Below are positions 43,171 through 55,000 of a stretch of DNA of 64,000 nucleotides, one piece after another. The position numbers and the translations under genes are program-made. The notes beneath the pieces are model-generated. The model worked only from the letters and a program-made list of their open reading frames with translations, was not told the origin of the DNA and did no database searches. Positions within the stretch are counted from its first letter, which is position 1, and the number at the start of each line of letters is the position of its first letter. Source of the DNA: Chitinophagales bacterium (GTDB lineage: Bacteria > Bacteroidota > Bacteroidia > Chitinophagales > JADIYW01); NCBI GenBank assembly GCA_020636535.1, contig JACJXT010000011.1:776680-840679 (forward strand). Reading direction: 5' to 3'.

Positions 43171-44769
43171 TTACATTCTAAAAATTCCCCACGACTGTTT
43201 GCCTTCAATATCATTGAGATAAGTCAAGGCCAATACAAAGCTCATCACTGTTCTAGTATCTCTTGGATCGATAATGCCATCGTCCCACAACTGACCAGAA
43301 GCAAAAAAGGCATTGCTTTGTTTTTCAATTTCCATTTTCATAAACTGTTTCATTTGCTCTGCCTGTTGTTCGTCAATGGTTTTACCTTGTTTTATTGCTG
43401 CTTCGGTACTTACCATTTGCATTACACCAGCCAATTGTTCAGCACCCATTACGGCAATCATAGAGTTTGGATAAGTAAACAAAAATCGTGGATTATAAGC
43501 TCTACCACACATAGCATAATTACCAGCACCATAACTTGCACCCATTATAATGGTAAACATTGGAACAGTAGAATTAGACACTGCATTAATCATTTTAGCA
43601 CCATCTTTAATCATACCATTTTGTTCGTAATCTTTACCAACCATAAATCCAGTAATATTTTGTAAAAACAATATAGGTGTATTATTCATATTACATAGTT
43701 GAATAAAATGAGCACCTTTATTGGCAGAATCATTGAATAAAACACCATTGTTAGCAAGTATAGCAATTGGATAACCTTGAATCTTAGCAAAACCACAAAC
43801 GAGAGTAGTGCCATAATCTTTTTTAAATTCGTGAAAATCAGAAGCATCTACAATTCTTGCAATGACTTCTCTTGCATCGAAAGGCACTTTTGGATCTGCC
43901 GAAACAATACCTAGTAATTCTTCTTTATTATATAAAGGTTCTTTATAATGATTAATCGTATAATGATTGTCAACTACATTTAGTTGTTCAATTAATTCTC
44001 TAGCAATGCGAATACCATCTAATTCATCTTGAGCCAAATAATCGCAAACGCCAGAAATTTTGCTATGCATATCAGCACCACCTAAAGTTTCATCATCTAC
44101 AATTTCGTTAGTAGCCATTTTAACCAATGGTGGTCCAGCTAAAAACACTTTAGCTTTATCTTTAATAAAAATAGTATAATCGGACATACCAGGAATGTAT
44201 GCACCACCAGCAGTAGAATTTCCAAACACAATAGAAATAGTAGGAATTCCTTTTTTAGAACGCCTTGTAATTTCTTTAAAATTATTTCCACCTAAATTAA
44301 ACACTTGAGCTTGGTCTGGTAAATTAGCACCAGCACTTTCTACCAAATTTATAGAAGGCAAATTGTTTTCATTAGCAATTTCACCAATACGCAATGCTTT
44401 TTTAAGTGTAGCAATATCGATAGCACCACCTTTGTTAGTACCAACATTGGCTGTAATCATACACAATTTATTACTTACAAAACCAATACCAGCAACCATA
44501 GTTCCACCAGTACCAAAACCACCTTTAACACCTAATCCAGCTAAAGGCAATAATTCTAAAAAAGGTGAGTCTTGGTCTAATAACAACTCAATGCGTTCTC
44601 TAGCTAAGAACTTGCCTTTAGACTTTGCTTTTTCGATGTGTCTATCTTCACCTTGATATAAAGATTTATCTAAATGTTTTTTTAACTCGTCCAATTTCTC
44701 CAGCATTTTTTGATAGTTCTCTTTATATGCTGTACCATTGGTGTTTACTTTTGTTTTGATTATTGCCAT
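43171..44769 (-). CDS. Acyl-CoA carboxylase carboxyltransferase (beta) subunit, methylcrotonyl-CoA carboxylase type
   Basis: GKFLARERIELLLDQDSPFLELLPLAG and two crotonase-like halves. The start is set at the ATG of MAIIKTK. Confidence 0.88.
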   Translation of the reverse strand: MAIIKTKVNTNGTAYKENYQKMLEKLDELKKHLDKSLYQGEDRHIEKAKSKGKFLARERIELLLDQDSPFLELLPLAGLGVKGGFGTGGTMVAGIGFVSNKLCMITANVGTNKGGAIDIATLKKALRIGEIANENNLPSINLVESAGANLPDQAQVFNLGGNNFKEITRRSKKGIPTISIVFGNSTAGGAYIPGMSDYTIFIKDKAKVFLAGPPLVKMATNEIVDDETLGGADMHSKISGVCDYLAQDELDGIRIARELIEQLNVVDNHYTINHYKEPLYNKEELLGIVSADPKVPFDAREVIARIVDASDFHEFKKDYGTTLVCGFAKIQGYPIAILANNGVLFNDSANKGAHFIQLCNMNNTPILFLQNITGFMVGKDYEQNGMIKDGAKMINAVSNSTVPMFTIIMGASYGAGNYAMCGRAYNPRFLFTYPNSMIAVMGAEQLAGVMQMVSTEAAIKQGKTIDEQQAEQMKQFMKMEIEKQSNAFFASGQLWDDGIIDPRDTRTVMSFVLALTYLNDIEGKQSWGIFRM

Positions 44770-44963
44770 AGTAATTAATCTAACCAAATTTATAATTAAT
44801 GTGTTTTTTTACCAAACGATTGTTCAATAAATTTAGACAATGTATATTATGTAAAGGTTAATAATTAATAATTGCAATACTTTTAGCGTATTTTTTTACC
44901 AAACGATTGGTAGAATGTTTGTTTATTCTTTAAAAATATTTATGTTTGATAAAAAATTAATTT

Positions 44964-45287
44964 ATGACAGCAAAAGAAATAATTTTGGCATTGCCAGAAA
45001 GACTTAAACAAGAAGAAGCACAAGATGCTCAAGGTGTGTTTCATTTTCAGATTGAAGGTGAAGGTGGTGGCGATTTTACAGTTAAAGTAGATCATGGAAC
45101 TTGTACTGTAGAAGAAGGTTTAGTTGGTGAAGCAAATTGTGTAATTACTTCTACAGCTACTGATTTTGAAGATGCTGAACTAGGTAGAGAGAATAAACAA
45201 ATGAGCGTAATGATGGGAAAAATTAAGATTAGCAACTTAGGAGCGATGCTTCAGTTTATGACTTTATTTAAAGATTTGGAAGTGTAA
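44964..45287 (+). CDS. SCP2 sterol-binding-domain protein
   Basis: 107 aa. The pattern GVFHFQIEGEGGGDFTVKVDHG...MGKIKISN is typical of SCP2. Confidence 0.7.
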   Translation: MTAKEIILALPERLKQEEAQDAQGVFHFQIEGEGGGDFTVKVDHGTCTVEEGLVGEANCVITSTATDFEDAELGRENKQMSVMMGKIKISNLGAMLQFMTLFKDLEV

Positions 45288-45325
45288 TAAGGTTTAAAAA
45301 TAAAATCCAAAATGGATTTAGAAAA

Positions 45326-45355
45326 AAGCTATCGTTTAATGCGATAGCTTTTTTG
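45326..45355. terminator. Bidirectional rho-independent terminator
   Basis: aagctatcg-tttaat-gcgatagctt flanked by an A6 run and a T6 run, between convergent genes. Confidence 0.7.
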
Positions 45356-45396
45356 TTGGAATATGTTAAGTGGAAAGACACTTGACATGACGGAAA

Positions 45397-46134
45397 TTAC
45401 TTAAACTGATTTATAGCTGCTTTAATAGTTGCTTTATCTGCTAAACCATTTTGTCTCCAAACTTCTTTGCCAGCTTTGTATAAAATTAAAACAGGAATTG
45501 CTACAACGCCATTACTTTTTGCTAAATCTTTATTATCGTCGTAATTAATTTTTTGTAGTTTAAATGTGCCATTCATTGTTTGTTCTAATTCTTCTACAAT
45601 TGGACTTAATTTTTTACAAGGAGCACACCATGGAGCAAAGAAATCTACTAATACCAAATTGCTACTTGTAGTTAATTTTTGATAGTCATCAGTACTTAAT
45701 GTATTCTCTTTTTCTGTATTTGATGTTGATTGTGTTAAGGTTTTTCCTGCATTTTCCCAAGCCATAACACCACCTTGTAAATTGTACACTTCTTTAAAAC
45801 CTTGCGATTGTAAATAGTTCATTGCTTGTCCACTTCTTCCACCAGAAAGACAGTAAATAAAAACAGGTTGGTCTTTATCTAAATTTTCAATCTGTGTTTT
45901 AAAATCGCCATTCCAATTATAATTAATAGCATTTTCAATGTGTCCACCATTATATTCTTCTGGTGTTCTTACATCAATTAACTGTGCATTTGTTGCTTCG
46001 TGTAGTTTGGTGTCGAAATCAGTTATATTAATTGTTGTAGCAATTGGCGATTGACTTTCTGCATTTTGATTGTTATTGCTTTTGCACGCACTAGTTAAAA
46101 AAACTAAGGCAATAAATATGTTTACTATTTTCAT
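45397..46134 (-). CDS. Lipoprotein fusing a rhodanese domain to a thioredoxin domain
   Basis: Lipobox LTSAC, rhodanese loop CLSGGRSGQ and thioredoxin CxxC WCAPCKKL. Confidence 0.8.
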   Translation of the reverse strand: MKIVNIFIALVFLTSACKSNNNQNAESQSPIATTINITDFDTKLHEATNAQLIDVRTPEEYNGGHIENAINYNWNGDFKTQIENLDKDQPVFIYCLSGGRSGQAMNYLQSQGFKEVYNLQGGVMAWENAGKTLTQSTSNTEKENTLSTDDYQKLTTSSNLVLVDFFAPWCAPCKKLSPIVEELEQTMNGTFKLQKINYDDNKDLAKSNGVVAIPVLILYKAGKEVWRQNGLADKATIKAAINQFK

Positions 46135-46158
46135 CTTGATATATTTAACAAAATAAGT

Positions 46159-48756
46159 TTACAATTGTTTAAGTGTTTCTTGTAATGCTTGTAGTTTATC
46201 TAAACCATCTTGCAATTTTTTTCTTTCGGTTTCTACAATTTCTGCTTTGGCATTTTGTACAAACTTTTCGTTGCTTAGTTTCTTTTGTATGGAAGCAATG
46301 AATCCTTCAAAATATTGAATGTCTTTTTCAATTTTTTCTTTTTCTGCTTCCACATCAATTTCAATTCCAGTTTCTATATATAATTTATCTTTATCTACTA
46401 ATTGTGTAATGGTATTTTCTACTTCTTGATTAACAAACTCAATGGAAGATAAATTGGCAGTCTTTTTAATTAAATACTCATAATTATTATATAATGATTG
46501 ATTATTAGTATCTATATAAACTTTAAGTTCTACTTTTGGCGAAATTTGATTTTTGTTTCTAACTTCTCTTATACTTGTAATAGCAGCTTTTATATGTTCT
46601 CCATCATTAATTATAGTAGCATCGTATTTATTAATTGCAGGATATTTTGCTACAATAATATCTTCATTAGTTTCATTTAATTGATGATAAATTTCTTCTG
46701 TTAAAAATGGCATAAACGGATGCAATAAAATCATCAATTCATTAAATATATTGATAGTTTTATTATAAGTTGTTTGATCTATAGCATCACCAAAGTTTGG
46801 TTTAATAAATTCTAAGTACCAAGAACAAAAATCATCCCAAATAAATTTATACAATTCCATTAATGCTTCTGATAATCTAAACTGACTATGCAATTGCTCT
46901 AAATTTTCTTTAAGCTGTTGTAGTTTGTTTTCTATCAAAGCAATTGCAGGTTCTAAGTTATTATTAGTTCTAGCTTCAACTTGCCAACCTTTAATTAAAC
47001 GAAGTGCATTCCATATTTTATTAGAGAAATTTCTACCTTGTTCACAGAGTTTTTCATCAAACAAAATATCATTTCCTGCAGGTGCTGCTAGTAAAATTCC
47101 AACTCGTACACCATCAGCACTAAATCGGTCGATTAATTCTAAAGGATCTGGAGAGTTACCAAGTGATTTAGACATTTTTCTGCCTTTATTATCTCTAACC
47201 ATTCCAGTAAAATATACTTGTTGAAATGGTTTTTCATTTTTAAACTCATAACCAGCCATTATCATTCTAGCCACCCAAAAGAAAATAATATCCCAACCTG
47301 TTACTAATACATTAGTTGGATAGTAATAATTTATTTCCTTATCAGATTCAAATCCATCGAAAACAGAAATTGGCCACAACCAAGAAGAAAACCAAGTATC
47401 TACCACATCTTCATCTTGTGTTAAGTTTGCTGTTTTATTATATTTTTCTTGATATAATTTTTGAGCACTTGCTAAATCTTTTGCTATAACATAGTTTTCA
47501 TTTTCATCGTAGAAAGCAGGAATTTGTTGTCCCCACCATAATTGACGAGAAATACACCAATCTCTAATATTTTCTAGCCAATGCTTGTATAAATTTTTGA
47601 ATCGTGGTGGAAAAAATTGTATATCATCATTCATTACATGTTCTAAAGCTGGTTTTGCCAAATCATCCATCTTTAAAAACCATTGCTTAGTTAATCTAGG
47701 TTCAATAACAGCATCAGTTCTTTCACTAAATCCTACTTTATTTTTAATTGGCTCGGTTTTTACTAATAAACCTTGTTCTTCTAAATCTGCTGCTACTTTT
47801 TTTCTAGCAACAAACCTATCTAAACCTTCATATTGCAGACCATGTTTATTAATAGTTCCATCGTCGTTCAATACATCTATTGTAGCAATATTGTGTTTTT
47901 GTCCTATATTATAATCGTTAATATCATGAGCTGGTGTTACTTTAAGTGTTCCAGTACCAAAATCAATTTCAATATAATCATCAGCAATAACTGGCACACT
48001 ACGATTTACAATTGGAACAATAACATTTTTTCCTATAAGTTGTTTATATCTTTCATCATTTGGGTTGACACAAACAGCAGTATCGCCCATAATAGTTTCT
48101 GGTCGTGTTGTAGCAATGGTTATAAATTCTTCGCTATTTTCTATTTGATATTTTACATAATATAAATTAGAATTTACTTCTTTGTGAATAACTTCTTCAT
48201 CAGAAACAGCAGTTTTAGCAACAGGATCCCAATTGGTCATTCGTACACCACGATAAATTAAACCTTTATTATATAAATCTATAAATGATTGAATGACAGC
48301 TTTAGATAAACTTTCGTCCATAGTAAAACGAGTTCTTTTCCAATCGCAAGAAGCACCTAATTTTTTTAATTGGTCTAAGATAATGCCACCATATTTTTCT
48401 TTCCAATCGAAGGCCAATTTTAAAAATTCGGCTCTGCCAATTTCTTGTTTGGTTTTACCTTGTTGCTCTTTTAATAGATTGACAACTTTAGCTTCGGTAG
48501 CAATAGAAGCATGATCTGTTCCTGGAACCCAACAGGCATTATAACCTTGTAATCTTGCTTTACGAATTAAAATATCTTGTATGGTATTGTTAAGCATGTG
48601 TCCCATGTGTAAAACACCTGTAACATTTGGTGGTGGAATGACTATGGTAAAAGGTGTTCTTTCATCTGGAATAGAGGAGAAGTAGTCTTTATCTAACCAA
48701 TGTTGATACCATTTTTTTTCAATCTCTGCATAAATCAAATTCTTAGGCAATTCCAT
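46159..48756 (-). CDS. valS: Valine--tRNA ligase
   Basis: HIGH-type motif HMGH, a KMSKS motif, an editing domain and a C-terminal coiled coil. Length is 865 aa. Confidence 0.97.
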   Translation of the reverse strand: MELPKNLIYAEIEKKWYQHWLDKDYFSSIPDERTPFTIVIPPPNVTGVLHMGHMLNNTIQDILIRKARLQGYNACWVPGTDHASIATEAKVVNLLKEQQGKTKQEIGRAEFLKLAFDWKEKYGGIILDQLKKLGASCDWKRTRFTMDESLSKAVIQSFIDLYNKGLIYRGVRMTNWDPVAKTAVSDEEVIHKEVNSNLYYVKYQIENSEEFITIATTRPETIMGDTAVCVNPNDERYKQLIGKNVIVPIVNRSVPVIADDYIEIDFGTGTLKVTPAHDINDYNIGQKHNIATIDVLNDDGTINKHGLQYEGLDRFVARKKVAADLEEQGLLVKTEPIKNKVGFSERTDAVIEPRLTKQWFLKMDDLAKPALEHVMNDDIQFFPPRFKNLYKHWLENIRDWCISRQLWWGQQIPAFYDENENYVIAKDLASAQKLYQEKYNKTANLTQDEDVVDTWFSSWLWPISVFDGFESDKEINYYYPTNVLVTGWDIIFFWVARMIMAGYEFKNEKPFQQVYFTGMVRDNKGRKMSKSLGNSPDPLELIDRFSADGVRVGILLAAPAGNDILFDEKLCEQGRNFSNKIWNALRLIKGWQVEARTNNNLEPAIALIENKLQQLKENLEQLHSQFRLSEALMELYKFIWDDFCSWYLEFIKPNFGDAIDQTTYNKTINIFNELMILLHPFMPFLTEEIYHQLNETNEDIIVAKYPAINKYDATIINDGEHIKAAITSIREVRNKNQISPKVELKVYIDTNNQSLYNNYEYLIKKTANLSSIEFVNQEVENTITQLVDKDKLYIETGIEIDVEAEKEKIEKDIQYFEGFIASIQKKLSNEKFVQNAKAEIVETERKKLQDGLDKLQALQETLKQL

Positions 48757-49079
48757 ATAAAATATTTAATTGCAAATATAAAAATTTGAATTTGTAGTTG
48801 GATTAAGTTGGTATTAATGAAAAAGGTAGTGCATTATGATATTATAATAATTATGTTTTAGTAAAACAATAATATGATTTATTTTGGACTAGAATATTTT
48901 CTTTTAACTATTAGCAACTATTTTTTACAAATTTTCATCTTTAATAATATTAATAGTTCTTTTTGTTTGTGTGTTTTATTCATATTATATTTATTTTACA
49001 TATAATAGGAATATTTTTCTTATCTAAAGATAACAAAACTAACTTTTTCTTTAACTAATTTTAACCAATAATTAATATT

Positions 49080-52000
49080 ATGAAGCGAACAATACTAATT
49101 ACACTTTTGTTTACTCTACTCTATTTTTCAGTAAACGCTCAATCTCCAGGCGGAGTAAATGATAGTTTAAAGGCATGGTATAAGGCAGATGCAGGTGTTC
49201 AAAATACAAGTGTAAATGCTACAAATGGTCAAACCGTTGATGCTTGGTTAAATCAAGCTGGTTCTTATAATTTAGCACAACCAACAACAACTAAACAGCC
49301 TGTTTTTTATAGTACAGCAGCTAATCAGCTAATCAACTATAATCCATCATTGCGTTTTGATGGTACAGACGATTGTATAGGAAATGCTACAAGATTAATG
49401 CCTAAAGATTCTAGCTATGCTTTTTTTATAGTTGCATTAGACAGTGCAACAGATGTTGGTTATAATGCATTTTTTAGCTCACACACAGTATTGGATTATT
49501 TTTCTTTATATAAGAATAATGACAATTTAACTGATAACTCAATAACACCTTATGGTATTGTAGGTAGCGGAGATAGAGGCACATTTGGAAAAGGAACATC
49601 TTATGGTATTTCTACTGGTGCTTATTGGAATGGAACTAATTTTACAAGAGATGAAAAAGTGCAAAAAGCACAAACACAAATTGTAGGGATGCGTTCTGCA
49701 AACAAATTAGCAACAGATACCATGTTCACTTATACAGATGGCTATAAAAGTGCACCTATTCCATTTTGGTCTTATATAAATCAAAATGCTGCATCTACTG
49801 GTCGCGATTATCATTTTGGGGCTTTTGTAGTCGGAGCAGATGCAACCTCACCAGCCAATTCTGCAGAACATTGGGTAGGCAATATTGCAGAAGTTATTGC
49901 TTATGATAGAAACATTACAGATGCAGAAGCTAATAAAATTCAATCTTACCTTGCAATTAAATATGGTATCACACTAGGTCAAGGCAATGGCTTCATCAAT
50001 CAAAATGGTAATAATTTTAATTATGTAGCCAGTAATGGAACTGTAATTTGGGATGGAACAGCAAATACTACTTATGCTTATGATATTTTTGGTATAGGTC
50101 AAGATAATACTGCTGGTTTAAATCAAAAACAGTCTAAAAGTATAAATGGTGGTTTCCAACCTGCTATTAGCTTAAATGATGGATTGGCTACAAGTAATAC
50201 TACCAACACAAATATATTTGCAGCAGACAATAGCTTTCTTGTTGCAGGTCACAATGGTGCAGATGTAGATTTTACCAACATGTACACACCAATTACGTTT
50301 TCTTCTACCACACCTATTTATATATTAGATAGAGTATGGAAAGTACAAGAAACAGGAACTGTGGGTACTGTTACTGTTTCTTTTCCTACTACAACGGCAT
50401 CTACGGCTACATCTACTTACCTTGTAATTAATAATGTAGCTACATTTGGTGCTGGAACTACAGAAATCTTAATGACAAGTGATGGTAATGGTAATCTTAC
50501 TGCACAATATGATTTTCAAGATGGAGACTATTTTACTATTGTTCAACCATTATTTGCACCTGGTTGTGTGTCTGCCAATTTACTCGCGTGGTATAAAGCA
50601 GATGCAGGTGTTGTAGGTGGTCCAGTAAGTACATGGGAAGATCAAACAGTTCCAGCTTATAATTTGCAACAGCCAACAGCAGGTAGCAGACCAACTACAG
50701 GTGCTTTAATGAATTTTAATCCAACACTTACTTTCGATGCCAATTATTATTTAACTTACCAAGCAGGTCGTTTTATAAGTACAACTTCACCAGGTACGGT
50801 ATTTGGTGCTGCTAATAACAATATAGATGCTGGTGGCTATGAAAACTTAGCAGACTTAGGAATTGATAATCCACACATGGGTATTCAAAATAGTACAATG
50901 ATGATGTACATGAATGGAAGTTCGCCAATACAAGTAAATCATGCTAATACCATTACAAAAGATATTAATCAAGTATACGGATGGTCATGGAATGGTGGAT
51001 CAAACGCAGGTAGTCAATTAAGGTTAGATGGAATATTAAATGATTTTCCAACAACAGATTTTACTCTTGTAGGAAATGGAGGTGTTTCAGATGGTATGTT
51101 TTCAGTAGGTTCTTATCAAGGTGTGGAAATTTGGAATGGAGATATAGCAGAAGTTATATTATATGATAGAAATTTAACAGAAGAAGAGAAACAAAGAGTA
51201 GAAACTTATATGGCACTTCGCTATGGTACAACTTTATCTCACAACTATTTGTCAGGTAAAAGTGATACCATATGGTATACAGGTGGTGGATACGATAATA
51301 ATATAGCAGGTATAGGTCGAGAAGATTGTCAATTACTACTACAAAAACAATCACAATCCACCAATACTACAAATGTTATAACTATATATAATGGTGACCA
51401 AACTGCTGGTTTACCAACAGATAATGTTTCTAATACAAGTGCCTTTAGTACAAATGAAAGTTTCATGGTTTGGGGAGATAACGGAAGTTCCACAAGTTAT
51501 GGTGTGTCTTATAGTCCAAATACATTCTCAAATAGTTCTTTCTATCATATGAGTAGAATTTGGAATGTACAAGAAACAGGAACTGTAGGAACAGTTACTA
51601 TTAAAGCTCCTGCTAATGCAGAATATTTACTAGTACATAATAGTGCAGATTTCTCAACAGGTACACCAACAGAAATTCCTCTAGTAGATGATGGTAATGG
51701 TAATTTATTGGCTACTGTAGATTTAACCGATGGTCAATACTTTACCTTTGGAGCAGCTGTTACTGGTCCAGGTTGTGTAACTGCTAACTTATTAGCATGG
51801 TATAAAGCAGATGCAGGTGTTATAGGAAATCCAGTAAGCTCATGGGAAGATCAAACACTTACGCCATATAATCTATCTCAAACAACTGTAGGAAGTCGTC
51901 CTACAGCAGATAGTTTAATGAATTTTAATCCAACATTGACTTTTGATGCTTTAAAATATTTAACTTATCAATCAACACGATTTATTACCACAACATCTTC

Positions 52001-55000
52001 AGGTACAGTATTCGGTGCAGCTAATAATAATATAGATAACGGAGGTTACGAAAATCTAGCAGTATTAGGAATAGATAATCCACACATGGGAATCTTAAAT
52101 AATCAAATGATGCTTTGGATGAATGGTAGTTCTCCAAATCCAACATATCATAGTAATTCAATTAAAAAAGATATTAATCAAGTATATGGATGGGCTTGGA
52201 ATGGAGGAACAAATGGTGGTAGCCAAATGCGATTAGATGGAACATTAAATGACTTTGCCAATACAGACTTTACACTAGTAGGAAATGGTGGTGTTTCAGA
52301 TGGTATGTTTTCAGTAGGTTCTTATCAAGGTGTGGAAATTTGGAATGGAGATATAGCAGAAGTAATCTTATATGATAGAAATTTAACGGAATTAGAAAAA
52401 CAGCGTGTAGAAACTTACTTAGCTATTCGCTATGGTACAACTTTATCACACAATTATTTATCAGGTAAAGGAGATACTATTTGGTTAGTAGGTAGTGGAT
52501 ATGACAATAATATAGCAGGTATAGGTCGAGAAGATTGTCAATCATTATTACAAAAACAATCACAATCTACCAATACTACAAATGTTATTACTATTTATAA
52601 TGATAATCAAACTGCTGGTTTACCAACAGATAATGCTTCAAATACAAGTACTTTTACAGATGAAAGTTTTATGATTTGGGGCGATAATGGAGCTGCTGCA
52701 ACTTATGGCGTAAATTATACACTAAATTCATTCTCAGGTATTTGTATTTATCACATGAATAGAATTTGGAATGTACAAGAAACAGGAAGCGTAGGAACTG
52801 TAACTGTTCAAGCACCAGCCAATGCTCAATATTTATTGGTACACAATAGTGATGATTTCTCAACTGGTACACCAACAGAGATTCCTTTGGTAGATGATGG
52901 TAATGGTAACTTATTAGCTACAGTAGATTTTACCGATGGTCAATTCTTTACTTTTGCAGGAACGGTATATGCTCCAGGTGGAGTAGGTGGAAACTTGGCG
53001 GCTTGGTACAAAGCCAATGATATTAACTACGAGAATAATGGAGATACCATAGGTCTTTGGAAAAATAGCGTTAGTGGAAGTACTTACAATGTAGCAACAA
53101 CTACTGCAACATACAAGCCAATATTTTATAACACAACAGCAAATAAATTAGTCAACAATAATCCATCTATAGAATTTGATGGAACTGATGATCGTTTAGA
53201 AAATACAACTAGATTATTTCCTAGCACAGATGGTTTTGAGATGTTGGCTGTTGGTGTACAACAAAAAGCAAAAAACTCTCCTAGTGAAATCTTAGGAATG
53301 GGAGGTGGAAATATTCCTGCTTTTGGTATGAATGACTATTCTACTTCAGGTTGGTTACCTTATATGGCTGGTGGAGGTGCTGGTTGGTATGGATCTAATG
53401 CAATACTATATAATGGTTTTGCAGGCGGTAATAATCAGCAAGCACAAATTTATAGTATGTCCACTCCAAATGGAGGTGCTGCAAATAATATATTCTCAAA
53501 TGTTGATGGATATAGAGAACAAACTGATTTAGTTGCAAATGGAGTTACTAATACTAGCATAGGTGATGGAGTAGATGTTGGGAATACAGGAGGAGAGTAT
53601 TTTAAAGGTCTCGTTAATGAAGTTATTATATACAACAGAAAATTAGATTCGGTAGAATTACTAAAAGTAAACTCTTATCTCGCCATTAAATATGGTATTA
53701 CTTTAGATCAAAGACAAATCAACGATTATATAGCAAGTAATGGAACTTCGCTTTATGCTGCTTCTACTTATGGAGCTTACGACCACGACATTGCAGGTAT
53801 TGGTATCGATTCTTGTTCTAGTTTAATACAATTAAAATCAACTAGTGCTAACGAGGATGCAGTAGTAACTATGACTGCAGATACAGCTAATGTTACTAAC
53901 TTTGAGTTTCTTCTTTGGGCAAACAATGATTCAGCATTAACTTTAAATACAACAAACTTACCAACTATAGATTTACTATGTCCAAGTCGTCTCGAAAGAA
54001 TTTGGCATACACAAGAAACTGGAGATGTAGGTTTGGTAGATTTAGATTTTAATCTCAATAAACTACCATACAAAAGTTCATTATCAGATTGGAAATTATT
54101 AATTAGAAATGGAGATGATGATATGAGTGGAGCAACAGTATCAACCATAATACCAATTTTATTAAATGATTCAACAGTAAGATTTGAAGATGTTTCACTC
54201 TCTAATGATGATTATTTTACACTAGCAGGAAACTCAATAGGTCCAGGTGGTGTGCTTTCAAATCTCGTAGCATGGTACAAAGCAGGAGAAAATGTTTTAG
54301 ATGCTAGCAATAATCAAATAACTACAAATGGTGGTTCAGTGTCAACATGGAAAGATGCCATAGGAAAAAGAAATTTAACCAATCATCCAACTCAAGGAGT
54401 CAATAAACCAACATTAATGTTGAACGACTCATTGATGAACAATAATCCTGCTCTTTATTTTGCATACTATCCAGGTTCAGTTTCAAGAATATTATATAAC
54501 TCAACTAGATACTTTGACAATACTAGTGCTTTCCAATTAATAAGTGTAGCCAAAGATTTAGATGCTCCTGCTAATGTATTCCGTTTAAAAGGTTTTATGG
54601 GAATGGGTAGCACAGGTGATTATCCAACATTCGATTTTAATGGTGCTACTGCTCCAGATAATTCAACTGGAAATTATTGGACACCATATTTGGGTGGCTC
54701 TTCTCCATTCGGAGATTATAATTCTAGTTTTATTACATATAATGGAACCAATGGAGGTACAAATCAACAATCTCAAATATTTGGATCCTCATCTTTAAAT
54801 ACAGTAGGTGGAACAAATAATGTAAATAGTCAAGTTGATGGATATAGTGCAATGATGCAATTAGATGCAGCTCAGCAAGCACAACTCGGAAATCAACTAT
54901 ATGTTGGTAATAGTGGTGGATTACTAGAGGAAGATTGGCATGGTCTCGTAGGTGAAATTTTAATTTACGATAGAGTACTTACAGCAGCAGAACAACTAAA

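Noticed and set aside
43318-48514. Plus-strand ORFs inside the carboxyltransferase and valS genes (43318..43665, 44363..44656, 46925..47224, 47585..47914, 47833..48165, 48293..48514)
   Set aside because: These are antisense to strongly supported conserved genes, and their products are low-complexity. They are typical shadow ORFs.
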